Part shown: positions 1 through 8,941 of the stretch, in pieces
How the letters are laid out: every line of letters starts with the position of its first letter
How positions within the stretch are numbered: position 1 is the stretch's first letter
DNA from: an uncultured archaeon
GTDB lineage: Archaea > Aenigmatarchaeota > Aenigmatarchaeia > QMZS01
Assembly (NCBI GenBank): GCA_964386335.1
Contig: CAYLRQ010000002.1
Location: 1 to 34,837, forward strand
Direction: 5' to 3'
DNA: 34,837 nt
Made by a program: the position numbers and the translations under genes
The notes under the pieces: generated by a model
Told to the model about the DNA's origin: nothing
Seen by the model: the letters and a program-made list of their open reading frames with translations, nothing else
Databases searched by the model: none

Positions 1-97
1 ATATAGATCAGAGTATAGTGATGTGGATATTTCTTTTTATTTTACTAGATAGTTTAATTTAAATTGTTCTGAAATCTTTTTAAATAAAAATGCAAAT

Positions 98-2527
98 TTA
101 TTTTTGATTAATTTTAATTCCGACAATACTTGAAATTCCGTTTTCGGAAACCACACCATAAACCTGATCGCTTTTCGATATTGTAACATCATTATGGGTA
201 ATAATTATGTATTGCTGTTCCTTAGAGAATTCTCTAATCGCTTCTATAATTTTTTTTGTGTTTTCGCTGTCAAGGGCGGCATCGATCTCATCAAGCAAAA
301 CAAAACAACTCGGCCTGCATCTCTGTATTGCCAGAAGAAAACCTATTGCGGTTATTGTTTTTTCTCCTCCAGAAAGAGAATCTATACCAAGAAGTCTCTT
401 TCCCTTCGGTCTTGCTTTTATTAGCAGTCCAGAATAAATATTTCCCGGCTCTTCCAAAACAATATAACCTTCTCCACCGGTAAACTTCGAATAAATGTCT
501 CCAAATTCTTTATTTACAACTTCAAACAAATCCATAAATTTTTCTTTTCTTCGATTTTCAATTTCGGTTATTACCTTCAAGATGGCATATTTTTCTTCAA
601 TAATTTTTTCAACTTTCTCCTTCAAATCCTCGTACTCGCTTCTGTATTTTTCAAAATCTTCAACAGATTTCCAGTTTAAAGGACCCAACTTATTGATTTC
701 GTGTGCATAACTTCTTAACTTTTCTTTTAATTCTGGAACGCTTCCTTCTTCCACTTCATCAAACAGTTCTGTTTCGGAAAGTTCATCTTGATAATTCTTA
801 ACTTCCACTTCTATTCTGGCAAGTTTTATTTTTTCGTCAGATAATTCGCTCTGCAATCTCAATTTTCTTTCATAAATTTTTCTTCTTTTCTCTTGAATTT
901 TTCTTATTTCTTCTTCTATTTTTTCTGCTTCTTTTCCAATGCCCGCATATTTGCTGCTTGTTTCCTCTCTTTTTTTGGATATTTTTTTCAATTCTTCGTT
1001 CAATTTCTCCAGCTCTTTTTCCAGATTTTTGTTTTCTTCCGTTAAATATCCGATTTCCTTCCTGATTTTATTTGCATCAAAAAGCTGTTCTTTATATCCT
1101 CCCAAAACGGCACCGCTTTTTTCTATCAGAGAGCCTTCCAAAGTTGCAATTCTGTATTTATTCACAAATGGCTTGGAATTTTCTAGTTCATCTATAATTA
1201 TTGTATTGCCCAACGCGTATTCCACGACATTTCTGAATTTTTCATCAAAACTAACAAGATTTATTGCATTTCCAATTACTCCTTTTCCTTCCGGAGTTTG
1301 AATGACGTTTCCTTTAATTTTATCAAGAGGGAGAAATTTCGCCCTTCCTATTTTGTTTTCTTTCAAATATTTTATATAAATGGGTATTTTATCAAAAGAT
1401 TTTACAATTATATCATTTTTTGTATTTCCAAGGGCAACATCAATCGCCTGCTTATATTTTTGGTCGCAATCCAGAATTTGTTCAACAGTTCCAAGAATAT
1501 CTTCCTTTCCAAGTAAAAATTTAATTGCTCTTGGTTTATTTATTTCAGAAATCTGTTCAAGGTATTTTTCCAATCTTTCTTTTTCCCTGTTATTTAAATT
1601 TATTTTGTTTTCTAATTTCATAATTTCGCTTTTTACTTTTTCTTGCTCTTCTATTACCTTAACTTCCTCGCTCCCTCTGAAAATATTTTTTGTATATTCC
1701 CTTAATTTGTTTTCTAATTCCTCAATTGTTTTATCCATATCCTGAATTTCTTTGTCTATTCCCTTTATTTTTTCATCATATTCCCTTGCCTTTTCGCCGA
1801 TTCTTTCTTTCTTACTCAGATGTTCGTCCAAAGTTTTCTTTAAAATTGAGAATTTTATTTTTTTAATTTTTGAGTTTAGTTCATTATAGGTTTCAACTTT
1901 TCTTTTCTCAACAGAAATATTCTGAAATAATTTTTCTCTTTCCTTTAAAAGCAAACTTTGTTCTTTTAAAATTTCATCTACTTTTTTCAATTCCGTTTCG
2001 CTCTTTTTCTTTTTTTCATCAAACTCCGCCAGCCCGGCAAGTTCGTCTATGATGTGCCTTCTCTCCAAGGGATTCATTTCCAAGATTCTCGTAACATCTC
2101 CCTGCGCGACAATATTCAGCCAATCTGGAGAAATCCTCGCCTCTCTTAATAAATCAAGAATTCTCTGTCTGGTTTCTATTCTGTTGTTTAATCTATATGT
2201 TGATTGTCCAAGAGTATTTATTTTTCTCTCAATTACTATCGTGTTTTCATCAAATTTTATTTCTCTATCAGAATTATCAATTTCGAGTTCAACTTTTGCA
2301 CTATCGGACTGTCCCTTCTCGCTTTTGAAAATTAGGTCTTCCATCCTGTCTGCTCTCAAAGCCTTCGCGGAATTCTTTCCCAGAACAAAGGAGAACGCAT
2401 CCAATATATTTGATTTTCCTGAGCCGTTGCTCCCGGCAATACAGGTTATTCCATCTCCAATAACTAAACTTGTCTTGTTTTTAAAGGACTTAAAACCTTG
2501 AAGGGTCAATCTTGAAAGTTTCACCAT
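98..2527 (-). CDS. smc: SMC chromosome segregation ATPase (unusually short, 809 aa)
   Basis: N-terminal head FKSF...IAGSNGSGKSNILDA (Walker A). Heptad-rich K/E/L arms. Central hinge-like globular block (res ~336-488, GTVEQILDCDQKYKQAIDVALGN). C-terminal head with ABC signature LSGGEKT and Walker B CFVLLDEIDAALD. Confidence 0.9.
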   Translation of the reverse strand: MVKLSRLTLQGFKSFKNKTSLVIGDGITCIAGSNGSGKSNILDAFSFVLGKNSAKALRADRMEDLIFKSEKGQSDSAKVELEIDNSDREIKFDENTIVIERKINTLGQSTYRLNNRIETRQRILDLLREARISPDWLNIVAQGDVTRILEMNPLERRHIIDELAGLAEFDEKKKKSETELKKVDEILKEQSLLLKEREKLFQNISVEKRKVETYNELNSKIKKIKFSILKKTLDEHLSKKERIGEKAREYDEKIKGIDKEIQDMDKTIEELENKLREYTKNIFRGSEEVKVIEEQEKVKSEIMKLENKINLNNREKERLEKYLEQISEINKPRAIKFLLGKEDILGTVEQILDCDQKYKQAIDVALGNTKNDIIVKSFDKIPIYIKYLKENKIGRAKFLPLDKIKGNVIQTPEGKGVIGNAINLVSFDEKFRNVVEYALGNTIIIDELENSKPFVNKYRIATLEGSLIEKSGAVLGGYKEQLFDANKIRKEIGYLTEENKNLEKELEKLNEELKKISKKREETSSKYAGIGKEAEKIEEEIRKIQEKRRKIYERKLRLQSELSDEKIKLARIEVEVKNYQDELSETELFDEVEEGSVPELKEKLRSYAHEINKLGPLNWKSVEDFEKYRSEYEDLKEKVEKIIEEKYAILKVITEIENRRKEKFMDLFEVVNKEFGDIYSKFTGGEGYIVLEEPGNIYSGLLIKARPKGKRLLGIDSLSGGEKTITAIGFLLAIQRCRPSCFVLLDEIDAALDSENTKKIIEAIREFSKEQQYIIITHNDVTISKSDQVYGVVSENGISSIVGIKINQK

Positions 2528-2624
2528 ATATGGATTTTCTTTTAAAAAAGAAAAGAGATAAGCAAAAAGAAAACATATAAAAATATAAAATCTTCTTTCA
2601 AGTTTAAAAATCCTTTAAATCCTT

Positions 2625-3554
2625 CTATGCAGTCCGGGTCATCTCCGGGTTTGCAAGCAATTCGCAAACCTTGCAAATTTTTCTCGAAGACGGCTCTCCA
2701 CAAATTTTGCAATATTTTATTTTTCCTTTTTTGTAAAATTCTTTTCTCAGAGAGGGAATCAATAAATCGGCAAATTTAACAATCTGAAATAAAGACCCAG
2801 GATATTTCTCTTCCAACTCATATAAAAATTTTCTTATGGTTTTTCTTACAGATTCTTTTCCATAGGGACATTGTTTTTTTGGATAATAGGGCAGATTTAG
2901 AGCATCGCAATAGGCAAAAATCTCCTCTTCTGGAATTTCTCTTAATGGCTTTATTCGCGGAACAAATTTTTTTATTTCTTTATTTTCAACTTTTGGTCCC
3001 AATCTCAAAAATTTATCCAGATTCCCAAAAATAAAATTTAGAAAAATTGATTCCGCCTCGTCATTTAAATTAAATCCAAATGCCAGTTTTGTGGCTTTAT
3101 TTTCTCTTGCTTTTTTGTTCAACAAATATCTTCTCAAGACACCGCAATAGGTGCATGCATTCAGTTTTTCGTTTTTTAGAATTTCCGGCAGACTCTTTGC
3201 AAATTCTTCCTTGAAGGAATAAAGTTTTAGGGGAATATTCATCATTTTACAAAATTCTTTTGCTTTATTTAGGGTTTTCTTTCTATATTCACCTATCCCT
3301 TCATCTATTGCTATTGCGAAAATCTTCATATCTTTTCTCTTCTTTACAATCTCATTTAGAACATATAAACAAGAAATAGAATCTTTTCCCCCGGAAAGGG
3401 CAACACAAATGTTATCATTTTTTGAGAGAAGTTTATTTTTTCGGATATTTCTTTTTATTTTTTTCTCTATAGATTTTACAAAACATTTTTTACACAGTTC
3501 TATCCCCTCATATTTTCTTTTATAATAGGTTTTCTTTCCGCATTTGCAAACCAT
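2625..3554 (-). CDS. PP-loop tRNA 2-thiouridine synthetase, TtuA / NcsA (Ncs6) family
   Basis: 309 aa. PP-loop SGGKDS. Cysteines CTYCGVLRR plus QCPYG, as in Fe-S dependent TtuA/Ncs6 enzymes. Cys pairs at the N-terminus (CKCG...CKKC) and C-terminus (CKICG...CKVCE) look like zinc fingers. Confidence 0.75.
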   Translation of the reverse strand: MVCKCGKKTYYKRKYEGIELCKKCFVKSIEKKIKRNIRKNKLLSKNDNICVALSGGKDSISCLYVLNEIVKKRKDMKIFAIAIDEGIGEYRKKTLNKAKEFCKMMNIPLKLYSFKEEFAKSLPEILKNEKLNACTYCGVLRRYLLNKKARENKATKLAFGFNLNDEAESIFLNFIFGNLDKFLRLGPKVENKEIKKFVPRIKPLREIPEEEIFAYCDALNLPYYPKKQCPYGKESVRKTIRKFLYELEEKYPGSLFQIVKFADLLIPSLRKEFYKKGKIKYCKICGEPSSRKICKVCELLANPEMTRTA

Positions 3555-3575
3555 AATTAAATAAGATAAAATTAT

Positions 3576-3666
3576 GCCTCCGTTGTGTAATTGGATAACA
3601 CACCACTTTGCGGAGCAAAAAAATAGTGAAAAGGTGGCAATCAGGGTTCGAATCCCTGCGGAGGCA
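3576..3666 (+). tRNA. tRNA-Arg (anticodon GCG) with an 18-nt intron after position 37
   Basis: Hand-folded cloverleaf. Acceptor GCCUCCG/CGGAGGC (7 bp) plus discriminator A. D arm GUGU-AAUUGGAUA-ACAC. Anticodon stem CCACU/GGUGG (one G-U) with loop UUGCGGA (GCG at 3610-3612). 4-nt variable region. T arm CAGGG-UUCGAAU-CCCUG. Nucleotides 3614-3631 interrupt the anticodon loop. No encoded CCA. Confidence 0.75.
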
Positions 3667-4300
3667 TTTCCCTCAATGAGATATGGATATCTTCGAACAA
3701 ATTTTCCTGTTTTATCTCAATTTTTTGTTGATTTGCAAGATGCAAGATTGCAACAAAATATCTTGCCGTTTCCAAATCACTTTTTCTGTTTGTCAGTTCA
3801 TAAAAACTCGTCTTAATTATCTTTGAAAGTTCTCTAAAAACCTTTTCCACATAATCCTCAATATTTATTTTCATCAATCTCTGCAATTGATTTATTTTTT
3901 CTTCTCTCTTTAGTTTTATTTGTTCTCTTCTCTCTTTTTCGCTCATTACTTTTTCCAGAGTTCTGGTAAGTTCTTCAAAGGTTATGTTTCTTCTCGGTAT
4001 TCTGCTGATGGGAGGTTCAAGAATCTCAAGGCCTTCTATATCAATTTTTTCCAATTCTCTTTCTTCCTTTTCTTCTTCAATGAGAGTCTCGGATTTTAAT
4101 CTCAATAATATGGCGGAAACTAGAATAAATCTCGCCGGGATTCTGAAATTTATCTCTTTAAGTTGGTTTAGATATTTTAACAGAGAGTCCGCTATTTTTG
4201 TAATATTTATATTCCAGGGATCCAACCCCTCTTCTATTATAATTTCTCTTAGGACTGATTGAAAGTCAGACCCTTCTATAATAAGCTGAAGAATATCCAT
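3641..4300 (-). CDS. scpA: Segregation and condensation protein A (kleisin ScpA)
   Basis: 219 aa. The N-terminal block ILQLIIEG...DPWNINITKIADSLLKYLNQLKEINFRIPARFILVSAILLRLKSETL matches the conserved ScpA N-terminal pattern. Acidic middle, winged-helix-like C-terminus. The last ~9 codons overlap the tRNA on the opposite strand. Confidence 0.75.
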   Translation of the reverse strand: MDILQLIIEGSDFQSVLREIIIEEGLDPWNINITKIADSLLKYLNQLKEINFRIPARFILVSAILLRLKSETLIEEEKEERELEKIDIEGLEILEPPISRIPRRNITFEELTRTLEKVMSEKERREQIKLKREEKINQLQRLMKINIEDYVEKVFRELSKIIKTSFYELTNRKSDLETARYFVAILHLANQQKIEIKQENLFEDIHISLREMPPQGFEP

Positions 4301-4318
4301 AATATTTAATATTGTAAT

Positions 4319-4450
4319 CTATCTCGCAATTATCTTCTTAATTTTTTGTGCTCTGTCTTTCATCAATATTCTATATCCGCAGTGAGGACAAATAATACCC
4401 TCTTCTATTTTTTCAATTTTTCCTTTACATCTAACGCAGGTATAAGTCAT
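4319..4450 (-). CDS. rpoP: DNA-directed RNA polymerase subunit P (Rpo12)
   Basis: 43-aa ORF below the ORF-track cutoff, translated by hand: MTYTCVRCKGKIEKIEEGIICPHCGYRILMKDRAQKIKKIIAR. CxxC...CxxC zinc ribbon, and the CPHCGYRIL.K.R...K motif typical of archaeal RpoP. Its ATG overlaps the sepF stop (TAATG). Confidence 0.85.
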   Translation of the reverse strand: MTYTCVRCKGKIEKIEEGIICPHCGYRILMKDRAQKIKKIIAR

Positions 4451-4806
4451 TATTTCACCCTTGAAACAACAGCGGAACCGGGACAAATTATCAATATGGA
4501 TTTTGGACCCATTACAATATCGCCGTCTATGGCAATAATGGTCTTTTTTATCCTCTCTATAGCTCTCCTAAGCTCTCCAATATCTTTTTCTTTCAACTCT
4601 TCTGTCTCTGCAAGAACAATCATTCCTTCTCTAATTTCCTTCTGAATTCTTTCGGTATCTTTATAAGCGGTTATTTTTTCTATTTTGATTTTTATTTTAC
4701 CTTCTGTACTTTTTGGCTGTTCAATGATTTTGTTAAAATCTACATACTCTTCATCTTCTCCTTCAGTGCTTCTTAAAGTTTTTCCAAAGATTTTTTCAAG
4801 TACCAT
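4450..4806 (-). CDS. sepF: SepF-like cell division protein (DUF552 family)
   Basis: 118 aa. Short amphipathic N-terminus (MVLEKIFGK), acidic linker, then an alpha/beta core KIKIKIEKITAYKDTERIQKEIREGMIVLAE...LRRAIERIKKTIIAIDGDIVMGPKSILIICP that fits the SepF/YlmF pattern. Confidence 0.65.
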   Translation of the reverse strand: MVLEKIFGKTLRSTEGEDEEYVDFNKIIEQPKSTEGKIKIKIEKITAYKDTERIQKEIREGMIVLAETEELKEKDIGELRRAIERIKKTIIAIDGDIVMGPKSILIICPGSAVVSRVK

Positions 4807-5023
4807 AAATAATATAAAATTATTTATAAGAGATAAAAGAAATATTTTTAAGAATTCAAGATGTTATCAATTAAATTTATAAAAATATTATAAAAAGCCC
4901 TCGTTTGTCTCTCTGACAGAATTTTTAAAATATTCTAATATTTTCGCAAATCTGCAAACTTTTATAATGCTTTCGTCCATAAATCTCCCAAGAAAAAGCA
5001 TTTATTCAAACCAAAAATATATT
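4807..5023. promoter_or_regulatory. Divergent intergenic region between the sepF operon and cmk
   Basis: Inference only. This 217-nt AT-rich spacer between divergent start codons must carry both promoters. Several TATA-like strings are present (e.g. TTTATAA at 4961-4967), but individual boxes cannot be assigned reliably at this A+T content. Confidence 0.35.
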
Positions 5024-5560
5024 ATGATAATAACGATTTCCGGGCAGGTTGGTTCTGGAAAATCAACAATTGGGAAAGAGTTGGCAAAAAAGCTGAAATA
5101 TAGATACATTTCGATGGGTGAAGTTTTCAAGAAATTAGCAAAAGAAAAAAACATGAATTTAACGGAATTTTTAAAATATGCGGAGAAAAATCTAAAAGTG
5201 GATAAAGAGATCGACGAAAGTCAAAAAAATCCCGGACAGAACTGTATTCTGGATTCAAGAATGGGTTTTTATTTTGCAAATCCAGATTTAAAAATCTGGC
5301 TAAAAGCCCCATTGGAGGTGAGGGCAAAAAGAATTGCAAAAAGAGAATCTTTCAAAAATGAAGAGAATATTAAAGAAAAAATCAAAGAAAGAGAAAAAGC
5401 AGAAAGAGAAAGATATATGAGAATGTATTCCGTGGATATTTTTGATAAAAACAATTACGATTTAATTATCGATACAGCAGAATATAATATTAATCAGGTT
5501 GTTGAGAAAATTATCTCAGCCGTAAAACAAAAATTTGCTGTTAAAAATCTGTATAAATAG
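5024..5560 (+). CDS. cmk: Archaeal-type cytidylate kinase
   Basis: The P-loop sits right at the N-terminus if translation starts at the ATG at 5024 (MIITISGQVGSGKSTIGKELAKKL). Also LDSRMG and DLKIWLKAPLEVRAKRIAKRE, typical of archaeal Cmk. The ORF-track start at 4967 adds 19 non-conserved residues. Confidence 0.85.
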   Translation: MIITISGQVGSGKSTIGKELAKKLKYRYISMGEVFKKLAKEKNMNLTEFLKYAEKNLKVDKEIDESQKNPGQNCILDSRMGFYFANPDLKIWLKAPLEVRAKRIAKRESFKNEENIKEKIKEREKAERERYMRMYSVDIFDKNNYDLIIDTAEYNINQVVEKIISAVKQKFAVKNLYK

Positions 5561-5585
5561 TATTTATTATTTATTATTTTAATTT

Positions 5586-5840
5586 ATGGAAGCGATGTGT
5601 AGAGATATTATAGGGAAAACGATAGTTTCAGAAGAAACTGGAAGAAAATTTGGGCTTGTAGGAAATCTCAATTTCATTGTTGAAAGTGGCGAACTTTTAA
5701 ATTTGGTTCTTGAAGCTCCGACAAAGGCGGTAGAACAGATTAATTTGGAAACCGACGATTCTGGAAGATTTCTCATCCCCTTCTCAACAGTAAAATCGGT
5801 TGGAGATTTCATAATCGTCTCCGAAAAAGAAATTATTTGA
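5586..5840 (+). CDS. PRC-barrel domain protein (possibly CdpB-like)
   Basis: 84 aa. The pattern IIGKTIVSEETGRKFGLVGNLNFIVESGELLNLVLE...IPFSTVKSVGDFIIV matches small archaeal PRC-barrel proteins. Confidence 0.6.
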   Translation: MEAMCRDIIGKTIVSEETGRKFGLVGNLNFIVESGELLNLVLEAPTKAVEQINLETDDSGRFLIPFSTVKSVGDFIIVSEKEII

Positions 5841-5870
5841 TTTTCATTTTTAGTTTTAGAAATAACTATT

Positions 5871-8800
5871 ATGCATATAAATAGCTCTAAAAATATTAAA
5901 ATCTTATTAATATTTTTGCTATTTCTAATTATAATTCCCGTAGAGGCAAATCCCGCTTCTTATTTAACGGAAAAAGTTGATGCAAAATTTGATTATAATG
6001 GAACTTTAATTAGTTTGGATAATAAAGGCAGTGTTGAAGTAGAAATATTCAACAGAAACGATGTGCTACAAAACATAGAAATTATACTGTCAAGTACCTC
6101 AAATACGAATTTAAACGATAAAAAGGCCTATTCTGCTGTTGCTGCATCGCCTTCAATGGGAGATAAAACAAGACTGTATATAAATACAAATGAAAGTAAT
6201 GAGAGCATATACTACAGATTTTACAATGCTCCGCTTGTAGGCATGAATTTGAGTTATCAGAATGAAATTGGAGGAAGAGACCTAACTCCCGAGAAAAACC
6301 GAATTAAATTCAAACTTTATTTAAATTCAAGTAAAAATCTAAATGGTGTGGAACTTAATATAAAAGCAAAAAAAAATACTTATGGAAGAAACGACTCTCT
6401 AAATTTTATAGAAGGGAATGCAAGTAATGGCGATGTTCATTTAATAGATACTGACTCAGACAATTTTAAAGATAATTTGAGATGGATTGGAAATTTAAGA
6501 AAAACTGCGACAATAGATTTTGTTGCCGAGATTACTCCCGGAATTAATTATCCTGAAGATGAACTGAAAGATGATATTGACTCAAAAGAAAGTCATCTTA
6601 ATTATTCGCAACCATCTACTTTTACGGGAATAACTTTCTCGGATAGATTTGCGAGAGGACCAGTAAGACAGGGTGTAGAAATAATGGCAAAAACAAACTG
6701 GACTGTAAAAGGTTTTATAAAAAACATTGCTTATGGATTTATCTATTATATAGATCACTGGAATTTATACAAAGTTGGAGAAAATACGTCTTCGGCATCT
6801 GGAATGGTTAAAAGAAATATTCTTCCCGGAAAGTCGTTTTATACAGATGAATATGATACGGGCATACGGGCTTCCTCCACTCCAGAGCAAAGTTTAACAA
6901 AGCCTCCAGAGGTCTATTATTCGGTAGCATTTGACTGGAATGTTCTGTGGGGCGGATCAGAATACTACGGACTAATAGATGAAAGAATGAATCTACCCAA
7001 TTTATATCAAATGGATCTTGGTTTAAATAAAAGAATAGATATTATAAAAAATGATGCAAACGGAAGAATACTTGGCATTGAAGATGAAATAAAACACCTT
7101 GGGCATGCAAATATACAATTGAGCAATCTGAGTATAAATTTAACTGGTCTGAATGGATGGAAAGTTCTAAATCTAAAAATTTTCTATGTTAATAATACAA
7201 ACAAAACAGAAATAATCAACTATACAAAAAAAGAAAACTCAGGAAATATGGAAATAATATTGCCTTTGAATATTTCTGAGAAAATCAGATTAAATGATAT
7301 CATTCTTTTAAAATATAATCTTAGTGGAAGTGCAAAAGAAGAAAACAAAAAATATGTCTTTGGAATAAATGCGATAGCAATAACAAAAAGCGGAACTCCG
7401 ATAAAGAAAACTCTAGTTAGTGAAATAGAAGTTCCCGGGTTAAAACCTGTTGAAGAAGAAACGGGTGGTGGAGGGGCTGGTGGAACTTATCCAGAAATAA
7501 GAGAAACCGCGCAGATAATAAAAATTTCTGCCGAAAACAAATTTATAACCGATTATACAATAGAAAACAAAGTATTATTTAAGGTAATAGATACGGGAAC
7601 TAAAGGGATCAGAAATCCAACATATTTCTTATATCTGCCAGAAGATTCTTATTTGCATGTGGAAGATATAAAAATTACATTGATAAGGAAGGGTGTAGAA
7701 AAAGAATTAAATATTGAAATAGAAAAAATGGGCATAAAAGCCATAGGTAAAAAAAATTATCTGATATATGCCATTAAAAAGAAAACCGAACCCACGGAAG
7801 TAGATACATTGCATGATCAGGATATTATAAAAATACAATATAAACTGGATATTCCTCTGGGGACCAGCGAAATTATTACACGTGCCTATGGTTACAACTA
7901 TTACGAAGACAAATACATATTTGAAGACGAAGTAACCAAAGTAAGGAGAGAATACTGGAAATTAAGAAATTTGACCATAACAGAAAGTAAATTTGAAAAT
8001 AGAAAAATTTTTGTTGGAAAACCCGTAAGATGGATGAAAACAATAGAGATATACAATCCAAATGAGAGATCTGTAAAAGAATTGTACACAACAAAAGTTT
8101 TTGACAATAAACTGAACGTCAAAATACATGAATCAAGAAATGGAAGTACAAATAAGATAAACATAGAAAAAGAAGATAAAAGTACAGTTTCTTTTTTTGT
8201 AAACATAATGCCAAAAGAGAGAATTACCTATTTTGTTTTTGTAGATACGCCGCCAATTTTGGAAATAAAGAGAAATACAAACATTCTGGAAATAAAAAAT
8301 AAAAGTGTGAAAATTAGTTTGGATATAACTATTAAAAACTTCGCTAAATACCAATATAAAAATGCTTATCTTGAATTGCCTATACAAAATATATTAAAAT
8401 GCAATTTTAATTATTCTGTTATTGGAAATAAAACTGAGATAAAAATACCTGTAATAAAATCTTTTGAAAATAAAACTATAAAAATTGTTTATGTGGAAAA
8501 ACCCCCGCTATTAAAAATATATACAGATAAACTGAGATATAGATGTAATGAAATAGTAAATATTACCTTATTGATTGTGCAGGACAAAAAAAAAGGTTAT
8601 CTTGAAATAGAAATAAATGGTCCTGGAAATTCTCTAAATAATATTTATGCCGACTTGATTTCTTTGGAGAAGTCAGATACTAAAAAAAACATAGAAGTGA
8701 AACTGGAAAGATGTGCCACTGGAAATTATACAATATATGGGTATTACAAATCAAACTTCCGACCAATATTGATTTCCAAAGAAAGTTTTTTTGTTGATTG

Positions 8801-8933
8801 TGAAGAAGTTTATGACGTGCCTCTAATAATTTTTGTAATCCTCACAAGTATCCTAATAATCCTATTGGTAAAAACTGTTTATAGAAGAAAGAGTTGGAAA
8901 GAAGAAATCAAAGAACTAAAAAATCCTCGATAG
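5871..8933 (+). CDS. Secreted, C-terminally TM-anchored surface glycoprotein, paralog A of an unnamed family
   Basis: 1,020 aa. Signal-peptide-like N-terminus (ILLIFLLFLIIIPVEA). Many N-x-S/T sequons. Gly linker ETGGGGAGGT (7452-7490). C-terminal helix VPLIIFVILTSILIILLV followed by YRRKSWKEE. Colinear motif matches to ORF 19681..22953 (e.g. ARGPVRQG at 6651-6674 vs 22066-22089). Confidence 0.85.
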   Translation: MHINSSKNIKILLIFLLFLIIIPVEANPASYLTEKVDAKFDYNGTLISLDNKGSVEVEIFNRNDVLQNIEIILSSTSNTNLNDKKAYSAVAASPSMGDKTRLYINTNESNESIYYRFYNAPLVGMNLSYQNEIGGRDLTPEKNRIKFKLYLNSSKNLNGVELNIKAKKNTYGRNDSLNFIEGNASNGDVHLIDTDSDNFKDNLRWIGNLRKTATIDFVAEITPGINYPEDELKDDIDSKESHLNYSQPSTFTGITFSDRFARGPVRQGVEIMAKTNWTVKGFIKNIAYGFIYYIDHWNLYKVGENTSSASGMVKRNILPGKSFYTDEYDTGIRASSTPEQSLTKPPEVYYSVAFDWNVLWGGSEYYGLIDERMNLPNLYQMDLGLNKRIDIIKNDANGRILGIEDEIKHLGHANIQLSNLSINLTGLNGWKVLNLKIFYVNNTNKTEIINYTKKENSGNMEIILPLNISEKIRLNDIILLKYNLSGSAKEENKKYVFGINAIAITKSGTPIKKTLVSEIEVPGLKPVEEETGGGGAGGTYPEIRETAQIIKISAENKFITDYTIENKVLFKVIDTGTKGIRNPTYFLYLPEDSYLHVEDIKITLIRKGVEKELNIEIEKMGIKAIGKKNYLIYAIKKKTEPTEVDTLHDQDIIKIQYKLDIPLGTSEIITRAYGYNYYEDKYIFEDEVTKVRREYWKLRNLTITESKFENRKIFVGKPVRWMKTIEIYNPNERSVKELYTTKVFDNKLNVKIHESRNGSTNKINIEKEDKSTVSFFVNIMPKERITYFVFVDTPPILEIKRNTNILEIKNKSVKISLDITIKNFAKYQYKNAYLELPIQNILKCNFNYSVIGNKTEIKIPVIKSFENKTIKIVYVEKPPLLKIYTDKLRYRCNEIVNITLLIVQDKKKGYLEIEINGPGNSLNNIYADLISLEKSDTKKNIEVKLERCATGNYTIYGYYKSNFRPILISKESFFVDCEEVYDVPLIIFVILTSILIILLVKTVYRRKSWKEEIKELKNPR

Positions 8934-8941
8934 ATCGCAAA

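Noticed and set aside
2049-2501. 150-aa plus-strand ORF (and several 60-120-aa ORFs at 194-2052) overlapping smc
   Set aside because: They are antisense to a gene with unmistakable SMC motifs. Their translations are low-complexity F/S/L/I-rich strings, as expected from reading a K/E-rich AT-rich gene backwards.
4967-5023. Upstream start codon for cmk
   Set aside because: It adds 19 non-conserved residues before the P-loop. The ATG at 4967 sits inside a TATA-like string (TTTATAATG). Archaeal Cmk proteins begin immediately before the GxxGxGKS/T loop.
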